From NCBI GenBank assembly GCA_964422835.1, contig CAYRCR010000004.1, forward strand, positions 1 to 57,807: a DNA stretch of 57,807 nucleotides. Reading direction: 5' to 3'. Below are positions 34,545 to 42,413 of the stretch, one piece after another (position 1 is the stretch's first letter; each line of letters opens with the position of its first letter). The notes beneath the pieces were generated by a model. It was not told the DNA's origin and made no database searches. It was given only the letters and a program-made list of their open reading frames with translations. This DNA is from an uncultured Gammaproteobacteria bacterium (GTDB lineage Bacteria > Patescibacteriota > Microgenomatia > Daviesbacterales > UBA10151). The translations under genes were made by a program, and so were the position numbers.

Positions 34545-35735
34545 ATGAAGAAAATCTCTCTTTTGGTTGTTGTTTTGGCAATACTGTCAGGAATTGCCTT
34601 TTGGCGGGTTTTGCCGAGACTTTTGCAAGGAGGAAGTATTAGTCAAACTAATTTAATTGTTTGGGGGTTTGATGAGGAAGAAACAGTAAAACCACAGCTT
34701 ATTCTATACCAACAAAACAATCCCGGCGTAAATATTACATATGTCAAACAATCACTCTTAAATTATGTGCCCCGTGTACAGACTCAAATTAGTGCTATGC
34801 CGAAAGTTATGAGTGCCCCGGACATATTTTTATTCCATAGCTCATTTTGGCCGGCTTTTTTGCCCCTCCTGCAGGAAGTACCGGATGCTGTTACTGTTTT
34901 GCCGATTGTCAGCCAAACTTTAACGGCTGACAAAAAAATATATGGTTTGCCAAAAGAGGTATCAGGGCTGGCAATGTTTTATAACATTGATATTTTAAAA
35001 GGGGCAGGTGTTGGGGTGCCCAGGAGCTGGTCAGAGTTTACCGAGACGGCGAAAGCTGTAACAGTTAAAGACTCGGAGGGCAAAATCCAGACAGCAGGTG
35101 CAGCCTTGGGAACGACAGAAAACGTTTCTTTTTGGCCGGAGATTTTGTCCCTGTTATTTTTGCAACAACCCGGGGCAGATCTTTCCTCTCCCTCGACTTC
35201 AGCCGGAGCAGATGTGTTGAAATTTTACACTTCCTTTGTGCTTGACCCGCAGAAAAAAGTTTGGGATACAACCCTGCCTTCTTCTTCAGAAATGTTTGCC
35301 CAGGGAAGGTTGGCTTTTTATTTTGCTCCAAGAAGTGAGGTACAAGTTTTAAATGAAACTGCTCCGGGTTTAAATTTTGCTACGGCTGTGGTGCCGCAAC
35401 TGTCCGGGAGGGTCATAACCCAGGGAGGAGTTTGGGTTTGGGGGGTGTCAAAAACAACCCAACACTCTGCGGAGGCTTGGGATTTGGCAAAATTTTTAAG
35501 TTCGGGAAATCCTCCTGATTTAAAAGATCCGAAGCTTTCAAGCTTTGCTCTCCAGGGGCCATATTATAAAGGATGGTATTTAAATTCGGGTGTTGGATGG
35601 ATCAATGATGAAATGATTAAAAATTATGCCGGGGCCGTCAATGGAGTTTTGCAGGGCAAGGATGCTTTGTCTTCCTTGCAGGTAACCCAAGCCTCCATAA
35701 AAGAAACTTTAAAAACTTATGGTGTGGCAAAATGA
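34545..35735 (+). CDS. Extracellular solute-binding protein (ABC transporter family 1-like)
   Basis: A signal/anchor 'MKKISLLVVVLAILSG' is followed by 'LIVWGFDEEE...NPGVNITYVKQ', typical of sugar-binding SBPs. No adjacent permease or ATPase genes. Confidence 0.6.
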   Translation: MKKISLLVVVLAILSGIAFWRVLPRLLQGGSISQTNLIVWGFDEEETVKPQLILYQQNNPGVNITYVKQSLLNYVPRVQTQISAMPKVMSAPDIFLFHSSFWPAFLPLLQEVPDAVTVLPIVSQTLTADKKIYGLPKEVSGLAMFYNIDILKGAGVGVPRSWSEFTETAKAVTVKDSEGKIQTAGAALGTTENVSFWPEILSLLFLQQPGADLSSPSTSAGADVLKFYTSFVLDPQKKVWDTTLPSSSEMFAQGRLAFYFAPRSEVQVLNETAPGLNFATAVVPQLSGRVITQGGVWVWGVSKTTQHSAEAWDLAKFLSSGNPPDLKDPKLSSFALQGPYYKGWYLNSGVGWINDEMIKNYAGAVNGVLQGKDALSSLQVTQASIKETLKTYGVAK

Positions 35736-36094
35736 ATATGGATTGGAAAGAGGCATTTAAGAAAGGAACAGAATTGACTTTGGCGACATGTTCTTTGGAT
35801 AGGAAACCAAATGCCAATATTGTATTGTCCTTGGGATTTGTGGATGGTAAGTTGCTCATTGCGGATGCCAAGATGGAAACAACTATCAGAAATCTGCAGG
35901 AGAATAATAAAATTTGTGTGGTGGTAAAAGAGGGTGGGGAGTATTTTAAAATAAAAGGAAATGTTGAGATTTTTGAGTCGGGCAGATATTTTGATATTTG
36001 TAATGAGTCGGATAAAAAATATTCCACCAAACATGCCATTTTAATAACTATTGAAGAAGTTTTTGATTTGGACGAAGTCAAAAAGATTGTATGA
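35732..36094 (+). CDS. Pyridoxamine 5'-phosphate oxidase-family FMN-binding protein
   Basis: 'ELTLATCSLDRKPNANIVLSLGFVDGKLLIADAKMETTIRNLQENNKICVVV' matches the split-barrel PNPOx-like pattern. Confidence 0.6.
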   Translation: MNMDWKEAFKKGTELTLATCSLDRKPNANIVLSLGFVDGKLLIADAKMETTIRNLQENNKICVVVKEGGEYFKIKGNVEIFESGRYFDICNESDKKYSTKHAILITIEEVFDLDEVKKIV

Positions 36095-36114
36095 AAATAT
36101 AGTATAATAGCTTT

Positions 36115-36333
36115 ATGCTGGCAATTGATTGGACTCACATTTATAAAAACTACAAAGGCCTTTGGGTGGCCTTAAAAGATGATGAGGTAACTGTGATCTC
36201 TGCTGGAAAAAGCTTGAAGGAAACTTCAAAGAAAGCTGAAAAAAAAGGCTTTAAGGAGCCCATTTTCTATTACGTACCCAAGAAATTAACTTATTTTGTC
36301 GGGAAAGTTGCAAAAAGTGAAATTAAAATATAG
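36115..36333 (+). CDS. Small DUF5678-like protein
   Basis: 'YKNYKGLWVALKDDEVTVISAGKSLKE' resembles DUF5678 family members, from my memory of that family. It overlaps the downstream aspartyl protease gene. Confidence 0.4.
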   Translation: MLAIDWTHIYKNYKGLWVALKDDEVTVISAGKSLKETSKKAEKKGFKEPIFYYVPKKLTYFVGKVAKSEIKI

Positions 36334-36736
36334 GCGGGTAGATTTATTTTCCCCGTTCTCAAAAAAGCAGAAATTATTAAGACCAATAATTCCGGTTAGT
36401 TTAAAATATAAACAGCACTCGATTCATTACGAAGCTTTGATTGACTCAGGGGCTGATTTTTGTATTTTCCCGACAGGGATCGCCAATAAACTGGGCTTGG
36501 ATTTTAAAAAAGCACAAAAAATTTATTTTTCAGGGGCAACAGGGGAGCCAGTTGTTGGTTTTGTCGGCAAGGTAGCCTTACAAATTGGAGAAACCACTTC
36601 AGAGACGAAGATCGTTTTTACTGACCTTGATGAAAAAATGGCCTTGCTTGGCCAACACGGTTTTTTTGAGCTATTCAAGATTAAATTTAATTTTAAGCAG
36701 GAAGAAATAGAAATTATCCCGTATAATACTAATTAA
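36296..36736 (+). CDS. Retropepsin-like aspartyl protease (single domain)
   Basis: The 'ALIDSGADFCIFP' D-S-G-A active-site motif sits in a protein of about 140 aa. The exact start is uncertain because of the overlap with the upstream ORF. Confidence 0.62.
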   Translation: MSGKLQKVKLKYRRVDLFSPFSKKQKLLRPIIPVSLKYKQHSIHYEALIDSGADFCIFPTGIANKLGLDFKKAQKIYFSGATGEPVVGFVGKVALQIGETTSETKIVFTDLDEKMALLGQHGFFELFKIKFNFKQEEIEIIPYNTN

Positions 36737-36737
36737 A

Positions 36738-37064
36738 ATGGAATTACTTAAAATTGTTGTTTTTGTACCAATAAGTTATGTCAATATTGTACTTGGAGCA
36801 ATTGGTAACGCCGGGGCGGGTCTAATTGGCAATTATTCTCATTGCACCTTTTCTATTAAAGGGATAGGAAGATTCCGGCCGCTCGAAGGTGCGAAGCCTT
36901 TTATTGGTAGTGTTGGGAAATTGGAGGAGCTAGAAGAGGAAAGAGTGGAATTTGTTTGTCCAAAAGAAAAAGCTAGAGATGTAATTTCAGCCATTAAAAA
37001 AGTTCATCCATATGAGGAAGTGGCCTTGGATATTTACCCATTATTAGATGAAGAGGATTTATAA
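36738..37064 (+). CDS. Small PII-like/NIF3-insert-like protein (COG3323-like)
   Basis: 'KIVVFVPISYVNIVLGAIGNAGAGLIGNYSHCTFSIKGIGRFRPLEGAKPFIGSVGKLEELEEERVEF' resembles the YqfO/NIF3 inserted domain. Confidence 0.5.
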   Translation: MELLKIVVFVPISYVNIVLGAIGNAGAGLIGNYSHCTFSIKGIGRFRPLEGAKPFIGSVGKLEELEEERVEFVCPKEKARDVISAIKKVHPYEEVALDIYPLLDEEDL

Positions 37065-37097
37065 AATATCACACATCGGATGTATGATATTGTCCGC

Positions 37098-37125
37098 TTG
37101 ACATACATAGAATTTTATGTATAAT
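37098..37125 (+). promoter_or_regulatory. Near-consensus promoter with an embedded inverted repeat, upstream of the Phd/RelE-type TA pair
   Basis: TTGACA (37098..37103), a 16-nt spacer, then TATAAT (37120..37125). The spacer contains ACATACAT...ATGTAT inverted repeats, a plausible autoregulation operator. Confidence 0.5.
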
Positions 37126-37135
37126 TATATGTAAT

Positions 37136-37420
37136 ATGAATATACCTTTGGGAAATTTTGTTTCTGTATCTGATGTTCAAAGAGATTACCGCAAGGTCTT
37201 TGATAAAGCCAAAAGGACCAAAGAAACGGTCATGGTCCTCCGTGACAATAAACCTGATGTGGCAATTATTGATGCCAAAGTCTTAACCGAAAAAGAAAAG
37301 AGACTGGAAGAACTGGAAATTGCAGACACCCTTCGGGCCATACGCATTAGCAGGAGAGAATTTAAGAGCGGCAAATTAAAGGAACTATCTATTGGAGGAT
37401 TAGCTAAGCTGGCAGAGTAA
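37136..37420 (+). CDS. Phd/YefM-family type II antitoxin
   Basis: 'VSVSDVQRDYRKVFDKAKRTKETVMVLRDNKPDVAIIDAKVL' is a typical Phd/YefM N-terminal domain. It is followed by a small toxin ORF. Confidence 0.72.
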   Translation: MNIPLGNFVSVSDVQRDYRKVFDKAKRTKETVMVLRDNKPDVAIIDAKVLTEKEKRLEELEIADTLRAIRISRREFKSGKLKELSIGGLAKLAE

Positions 37421-37429
37421 AATGCGTTT

Positions 37430-37687
37430 ATGCAGATTTTTTACTCTTCGTATTTTGCAAAGCAAATTAAAAAATTAACCCCGGAAGAAAAATCATTGCT
37501 TTCTAAATTTGAGAAAAAATTCCGCCAAAATCCATTTAGTCCAGATTTAAAAACACATAAATTATCAGGAAAACTAAAAAATTATTGGGCTTGTTCAATA
37601 AATTATAAAATAATGGTGATATTTGAGTTACAAATGAACAATAAAATCATCCTGGTTAATATAGGTGGGCATAATATTTATAGATAA
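37430..37687 (+). CDS. RelE/ParE-superfamily type II toxin
   Basis: An 85-aa product with 'KTHKLSGKLKNYWACSINYKIMVIFEL...IILVNIGGHNIY', typical of RelE/YoeB-like toxins. The gap from the antitoxin is 9 nt. Confidence 0.62.
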   Translation: MQIFYSSYFAKQIKKLTPEEKSLLSKFEKKFRQNPFSPDLKTHKLSGKLKNYWACSINYKIMVIFELQMNNKIILVNIGGHNIYR

Positions 37688-37701
37688 GATAGAATACGAG
37701 T

Positions 37702-38256
37702 ATGGCTGAAGTTAAGGTTTTAATTGAAGGATACACAAGTGCGGATTCTCCTGAAGAGTCATCATGCTCAACTGTTACTCTAATAAAAGATGGAAATTTA
37801 GTGATGGTAGTCGACCCGGGAACCCTAAGAGATCAAAAAAACTTGGTTGACAAATTAAGAGAAGAAGGTTTGGGTGTAGATGATGTAAATGTAGTTTGTA
37901 TAACCCATTCCCACATGGACCATTACAGAAACATCGGGATGTTCTCTAAAGCTAAGGCTTTGGATTATTGGGGTTTGTGGGATAGGGATACCGTTGATGA
38001 TTGGCGGAGCCAGTTTTCAAAAAATGTGGAAATTATTAAAACGCCGGGACATAATTATGACGGGATAACTCTTTTGGCATCTACGGAAAAGGGAAAAGTA
38101 GCTACTTGCGGTGATGTGTATTGGAAAGAAAATTATCCAGAAATTGACCCGTATGCCTCTGATATGAAGAAGCTAAAAGAAAGTAGAAAAAAGCTTTTAG
38201 AGTTGGCAGATTATATAATCCCCGGACATGGGAAAATGTTTAAGGTGGAGAAATAA
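37702..38256 (+). CDS. MBL-fold metallo-hydrolase
   Basis: 'ITHSHMDHY' (HxHxDH) plus the downstream 'PGH' and 'GHG' metal ligands. Confidence 0.75.
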   Translation: MAEVKVLIEGYTSADSPEESSCSTVTLIKDGNLVMVVDPGTLRDQKNLVDKLREEGLGVDDVNVVCITHSHMDHYRNIGMFSKAKALDYWGLWDRDTVDDWRSQFSKNVEIIKTPGHNYDGITLLASTEKGKVATCGDVYWKENYPEIDPYASDMKKLKESRKKLLELADYIIPGHGKMFKVEK

Positions 38257-38257
38257 T

Positions 38258-38896
38258 ATGGCGAAAAATATTTTAATTTTTGGAGCAAGTACTACATATG
38301 GAGCTTGGGACATTGAGGGTGGTTGGGTCGCAAGACTCCGGAAGTTTTTTGATGAAAAAGTTATTACCTCAAATTATCGGGACCAACATCTTGTTTATAA
38401 CTTAGGAGTTTCAGGAGATAAAAGCAGGGATATTTTAAAAAGGTTTGAAGGAGAGATGGAGGCCAGATTTGATCTTGAAGAAGAAACAATTATTCTATTC
38501 CATCTTGGGATTAATGATGCAATATTCAATCAGAAAATGAATAGTGTGGAGTGTTCTCTGGAAGAGTTTAAAGAGAACTTAACACGGCTGATAAACTTGG
38601 CAAGAAAATATTCACAGAAAATTGTAGTTATTGGATCAATGCCAGTCGATAAAAGAGTTGACCCAATGCCCTGGGCTCCAGGTAGGTCATATAAAAATGA
38701 ATATGTCAGTAAATTTAATGAAATTATGGAGGAAGTGGCGAAAGAACAAGATATCTATTTTGTAGAAATTTATAAGCGGTTTATTGATAAAGATTATTCA
38801 GATTTATTGGCAGATGGGGTGCATATAACTGCTGAAGGGCACAAAGCATTTTTTGAAATTGTCAAAGATTTTTTGCTGGGAAGCAATATTATTTAA
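38258..38896 (+). CDS. SGNH/GDSL-family hydrolase
   Basis: 'ILIFGASTTYG' is a block I variant, 'LGINDA' is block III and 'DGVHIT' is block V. I prefer the ATG at 38258, which is preceded by GGAG. Confidence 0.7.
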   Translation: MAKNILIFGASTTYGAWDIEGGWVARLRKFFDEKVITSNYRDQHLVYNLGVSGDKSRDILKRFEGEMEARFDLEEETIILFHLGINDAIFNQKMNSVECSLEEFKENLTRLINLARKYSQKIVVIGSMPVDKRVDPMPWAPGRSYKNEYVSKFNEIMEEVAKEQDIYFVEIYKRFIDKDYSDLLADGVHITAEGHKAFFEIVKDFLLGSNII

Positions 38897-39834
38897 CAGT
38901 TTCCCACTATCTGCACTTCCCTTTCCAGTTCAATACCAAAACCATCCTTAACCTTTTTGGCCAGCATTTCAGAAAGCTCAAGATAATCGATAGTCCTGCC
39001 CTTTCCTAAATTGACAAAAATATTGGCATGCTTGGAAACCTGGACATCCTTAATCCGTTTTCCACAAGCTCCGACCTGTTCCAGAAGATATCCGGCCGGA
39101 ATTTTGCCATTCCTAATTATTTTTTTAGGGATTAAAGGCAGGAATTTTTTATCCACTTTTTCAACTAAAACATTTTTAAAAAATGACCCCGGGCAGGGGG
39201 CTGTAAAAGAGTAATTTTCTTGCCTTTTGGCCAGGGTTTCATCCATCTCTTTTTGTAAATCTTCTGCCTTGCCTTTGGGAAAGTTAAAATGGGTATTCAG
39301 AATAATATATTTTCCTTTTTTGAAGATGCTGTCGCGGTAGGAAAATTGGCATCCCTTTTTATCTAAAGTAATAATGCCCGTTGTGAAAGGTGAAGCTGAA
39401 GGGTCAAAGCAGACAACTTTGCTGATATGATCGGCAATATATTGTCCATAGGCTCCGCTATTGCCAACAATTGCCCCGCCTAAAGTGCCGGGGATACCTA
39501 TCATATTTTGCATCCCCGAAAACCCATTTTTTACTGTAAACTTAACCAGTTCATTAAATAATGTACCGCTTTGAACCTGCAAGGAGAGTCCTTGGAGGCT
39601 AATGCCCTTATTTTCATTTTTGATGATAAGGCCGGGAAAGCCGTGGTCGCCAAATAATATATTGCTGCCGCTACCTAAAATAAAGTAAGGTAAATTTTGG
39701 GCAATGGCTACTTTGGCAAACCTGATTAAATCATTGGCATTTTGGGCAATCTCAAAATACTTGGCACCTCCACCAATCCTTGAAGTAGAATAATTTTTCA
39801 AAGGCACATTTTGCATGGAATAATTATACAACAC
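38893..39834 (-). CDS. murB: UDP-N-acetylenolpyruvoylglucosamine reductase
   Basis: 'STSRIGGGAKYF', 'ILGSGSNILF', 'IPGTLGGAIVGNSGAYG' and the C-terminal MurB block are present. An alternative start lies at 39816. Confidence 0.88.
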   Translation of the reverse strand: MLYNYSMQNVPLKNYSTSRIGGGAKYFEIAQNANDLIRFAKVAIAQNLPYFILGSGSNILFGDHGFPGLIIKNENKGISLQGLSLQVQSGTLFNELVKFTVKNGFSGMQNMIGIPGTLGGAIVGNSGAYGQYIADHISKVVCFDPSASPFTTGIITLDKKGCQFSYRDSIFKKGKYIILNTHFNFPKGKAEDLQKEMDETLAKRQENYSFTAPCPGSFFKNVLVEKVDKKFLPLIPKKIIRNGKIPAGYLLEQVGACGKRIKDVQVSKHANIFVNLGKGRTIDYLELSEMLAKKVKDGFGIELEREVQIVGNC

Positions 39835-39842
39835 CGCGGGGC

Positions 39843-39871
39843 TTGACAGGCTTATAATTTTTGGCTAAAAT
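39843..39871 (+). promoter_or_regulatory. Near-consensus promoter upstream of groES
   Basis: TTGACA (39843..39848), a 17-nt spacer, then TAAAAT (39866..39871). I could not find a CIRCE-like inverted repeat. Confidence 0.5.
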
Positions 39872-39901
39872 AGCAGACGTGTTAATCTCCTGCCAGATTT
39901 T

Positions 39902-40237
39902 ATGGGAAGAAAACCTAAAACTATACCCTATACCCTAAACCCTAAACCCTCGATTAGGCCTTTGGCGGGCTTTGTTTTAATTGAACCATCGGAAGCTGAA
40001 AGTAAAACTTCCTCCGGCATTATTTTGCCTGAATCTGCACAAGAAAAACCCAGCCTGGGTAAAATTTTATCCTGCGGTGAGGATCAAGTTTTAGAAAATG
40101 GCAAGACTTTAAAATGTCCTGTAAAGGCGGGGGATATGGTTTTCTATAAAAAATGGGGTGGGGATGAAATTAAAATTGATAGTAAAGAATTAAAACTTGT
40201 AAAATTCGATGATTTAATGGCTATTGTGGAGAAATAA
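39902..40237 (+). CDS. groES: Co-chaperonin GroES with a 17-aa N-terminal extension encoded by a heptamer repeat
   Basis: 'IRPLAGFVLIEP...KTSSGIILPESAQEKPSLGKILSCG...GDMVFYKKWGGDEIKIDSKELKLVKFDDLMAIVE' is the GroES fold pattern. Homology begins at residue 18. Confidence 0.85.
   Translation: MGRKPKTIPYTLNPKPSIRPLAGFVLIEPSEAESKTSSGIILPESAQEKPSLGKILSCGEDQVLENGKTLKCPVKAGDMVFYKKWGGDEIKIDSKELKLVKFDDLMAIVEK
39922..39949. repeat. Heptamer tandem repeat (TA[T/A]ACCC x4) within the groES 5' region
   Basis: It reads 'TATACCC TATACCC TAAACCC TAAACCC' directly. Confidence 0.8.
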
Positions 40238-40238
40238 T

Positions 40239-40616
40239 ATGACAGAAATAAATAAAATGAGGACGCAAGAACAACTTGAACGAGATTTAAAAAGTGTGAG
40301 ATGGAGGAAAGAGGAATTGAAGCAACCACTCCCTCGGATTTGTAATTTGTCATATCGGGAACAAATTACTACCCAGGTGAGTACATGTGAAGTAATGGAA
40401 CAGGTGTTAGAATATGTGCTTGGTCATAGACAGACATTACCTCAGGTACTTCTGGATACAGGGCTGAAAGAAACATCTGTTGCTCTGGAAGCTATTTTAG
40501 AAGGAGATCCCCCTGCTGCTGTTAATATTGGCGATAGGCGGATTCCTTTAAATGTTGCAGATGATTTCAAGGGGTTAAAACTACCTGTAATTGGAAGAGG
40601 GGATTTTAATATTTAG
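40239..40616 (+). CDS. groESL-embedded cassette ORF c1 (125 aa), unknown function, C-terminal '...VIGRGDFNI' module
   Basis: The ATG lies 1 nt after the groES stop, behind GGAG. The C-terminal 35 aa are homologous to c5. Confidence 0.6.
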   Translation: MTEINKMRTQEQLERDLKSVRWRKEELKQPLPRICNLSYREQITTQVSTCEVMEQVLEYVLGHRQTLPQVLLDTGLKETSVALEAILEGDPPAAVNIGDRRIPLNVADDFKGLKLPVIGRGDFNI

Positions 40617-40632
40617 AAGGGATAAAATATGG
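40584..40632 (+). repeat. 49-bp exact direct repeat (c1 3' end plus initiation module), partner at 42017..42065
   Basis: 'CCTGTAATTGGAAGAGGGGATTTTAATATTTAGAAGGGATAAAATATGG' is identical at both sites. Weaker similarity extends about 43 bp upstream. Confidence 0.9.
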
Positions 40633-41072
40633 CAGAAAGATTGACAACATTTGAAATTCCGGCTAGATATGAAAACTTGGATGTCTCTGACCTGGAGTGC
40701 CGGCGCGACGAGTTGTGGGGGGAAATATATGATGGTTGTTCAGGTCTATCTTTTAGTGACCCCACCCTAGGTGAGCTTGCTCTGCAAACAGAACAAAATA
40801 TTGCATATTTAGAACTAAAGGCAGTTTTGGTTGTAAAAGGAGGAAGGCAGAGGGCAGCAGATTACCTAAATGCTGTTGTTATAGATCCTCTCCGTGAATC
40901 TTTGGCAAAAATAAACGGAATCGGGGGAATTCCAGATGCATCGACGAGCCGTTTACTAGGGAGAGTTCCTCGAGATGGTGAAATATTGGGTGGGCCGGTG
41001 AGAATTGGATTTAACCAAGATGGACAAAGAATAGATGGCTTATCACCAATGTATCCTTGCCCGTGGAGATAG
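40629..41072 (+). CDS. groESL-embedded cassette ORF c2 (147 aa), unknown function
   Basis: It is preceded by 'AAGGGATAAAATATGGCAGAAAGATTGAC' and starts 'MAERL'. Confidence 0.6.
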   Translation: MAERLTTFEIPARYENLDVSDLECRRDELWGEIYDGCSGLSFSDPTLGELALQTEQNIAYLELKAVLVVKGGRQRAADYLNAVVIDPLRESLAKINGIGGIPDASTSRLLGRVPRDGEILGGPVRIGFNQDGQRIDGLSPMYPCPWR

Positions 41073-41091
41073 TAAATAAAAAGGATAAAAT

Positions 41092-41358
41092 ATGGCAGAA
41101 AGATTGACTGATGAACAAAGAGCGAGTTTTGAAGCTTTCTTTGAGCAAGAAATAGCAACTGCGAGAAAAAATACAAGGGCCAGTATTGACCCATATGGAT
41201 CAGTCTGGCTCTCCAACACTCCTGAGCAGCAAATAATGACCGGTTTATTAAATATTCAAGAAGGTTTACGTCTTGCCTTAGGAAAAGTTTCAATCGAGAA
41301 TATCGTTGTCCATCGTACGGATGGAGATTTTCCAATTAAACCTAAGGAGGGGAAATAA
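41092..41358 (+). CDS. groESL-embedded cassette ORF c3 (88 aa), unknown function
   Basis: It is preceded by 'AAAGGATAAAATATGGCAGAAAGATTGAC' and starts 'MAERL'. Confidence 0.55.
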   Translation: MAERLTDEQRASFEAFFEQEIATARKNTRASIDPYGSVWLSNTPEQQIMTGLLNIQEGLRLALGKVSIENIVVHRTDGDFPIKPKEGK

Positions 41359-41362
41359 AAAC

Positions 41363-41659
41363 ATGGCAGAAAGATTTGAAATAAAGAGAACATCGGAAGA
41401 AATAGCATCGGTATTTGATGCTACCAAAGCGCAATTTGAAAGTCTCAAAAAAGGGCCAACTGATTCTGCGATGGGAGAAGTTGTTGGATTCGGACTGGAT
41501 GCAACATTTGCGGGGATATTAATGGAGGCCAGATTGAGAGAAAGAATAGAAGTACTGCGGTTTTTGCAGGGCGAGGAAAATGAAATTTCCAGTTTAATTT
41601 CGGTAATGAATTATATGAAAACAAAAGAATCCGCTAGTGTTGGTAAAGAAGAAGGATAA
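41363..41659 (+). CDS. groESL-embedded cassette ORF c4 (98 aa), unknown function
   Basis: I prefer the internal ATG at 41363 ('ACATGGCAGAAAGATTTG', giving 'MAERF'), which lies 4 nt after the c3 stop. Confidence 0.55.
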   Translation: MAERFEIKRTSEEIASVFDATKAQFESLKKGPTDSAMGEVVGFGLDATFAGILMEARLRERIEVLRFLQGEENEISSLISVMNYMKTKESASVGKEEG

Positions 41660-41662
41660 AGT

Positions 41663-42049
41663 ATGGCAAATCAAGAAAGAAATTTTAGAGCAGCAGAGCC
41701 AGAAGGTATTAGAGAATCAATGACAAGTCTTAGGGATAGAATGGACGAGATAGTATCTTTTGTAGAACGAATGGAAATGTCGCTTGCCATCCCCCTAGTG
41801 TGTAGTGGAAGGGTGCCACTTACTGACTTGCAAACCTGGCAAAAATTAGGGTATGAACATGCAAGGCATTTTACTGATGTTTTGGATGCGCTAACTGAAG
41901 AGGTGTTTGAACAGCCGGCAGAAGCTACGATAATAGGTAATCCTCCGGAGGCCATAGAAGTTGGTGGACGGAAAATTCCTGTAAATGTGGCAGATTCTTT
42001 CAAGGGGTTGAAACCGCCTGTAATTGGAAGAGGGGATTTTAATATTTAG
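41663..42049 (+). CDS. groESL-embedded cassette ORF c5 (128 aa), unknown function, C-terminal '...VIGRGDFNI' module
   Basis: It is preceded by 'AAGGATAAAGTATGGCAAA'. Its C-terminus 'GRKIPVNVADSFKGLKPPVIGRGDFNI' parallels c1 'DRRIPLNVADDFKGLKLPVIGRGDFNI'. Confidence 0.6.
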   Translation: MANQERNFRAAEPEGIRESMTSLRDRMDEIVSFVERMEMSLAIPLVCSGRVPLTDLQTWQKLGYEHARHFTDVLDALTEEVFEQPAEATIIGNPPEAIEVGGRKIPVNVADSFKGLKPPVIGRGDFNI

Positions 42050-42065
42050 AAGGGATAAAATATGG
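42017..42065 (+). repeat. 49-bp exact direct repeat (c5 3' end plus initiation module), partner at 40584..40632
   Basis: The sequence is identical to 40584..40632. Confidence 0.9.
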
Positions 42066-42394
42066 GAGAAATATCAGACGGCGAAAAAGCATTAACAGAT
42101 CTGCAAAAAATTGATCTTGTGCGTCAGGTTGATCGTGCAGAGACGCGGGTAAAAGTTGATATTAAAGCTATAGTAGGAGCTCCTTTTCATGCAGATTTGT
42201 TGCTGCCGCTGGTTTTAAGGCTTAAGCATTTGGAAATGTTTGGGCTCGGTTTAGGGCTTGGTTGTGGAGATTTGCCTGCCAGATTTGCGGAAAATGGTTT
42301 CCTTTTGGGAACAGGAATAAAAGTAAGAGATGAAGCCGCTATTTTACGAGAGAGGGAAGAGAGAGCGAAAATGAGGGAGGTAAATAGCCCGTAA
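42062..42394 (+). CDS. groESL-embedded cassette ORF c6 (110 aa), unknown function
   Basis: It is preceded by 'AAGGGATAAAATATGGGAGAA' and contains a 'GLGLGLGCG' segment. Confidence 0.55.
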   Translation: MGEISDGEKALTDLQKIDLVRQVDRAETRVKVDIKAIVGAPFHADLLLPLVLRLKHLEMFGLGLGLGCGDLPARFAENGFLLGTGIKVRDEAAILREREERAKMREVNSP

Positions 42395-42413
42395 TTTTTT
42401 AAAAGGATAAAAT

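Noticed and set aside
39872-39901. Searched for a CIRCE/HrcA operator (TTAGCACTC-N9-GAGTGCTAA) between the groES promoter and the start codon
   Set aside because: No acceptable match to either half-site is present, so heat-shock control by HrcA cannot be claimed from this sequence.
39921-39950. CCCTAAACCCTAAACCCT, which resembles the plant-type telomere repeat
   Set aside because: Only about 2.5 units are present, embedded in a bacterial operon 5' region. It is better described as a local heptamer tandem repeat.
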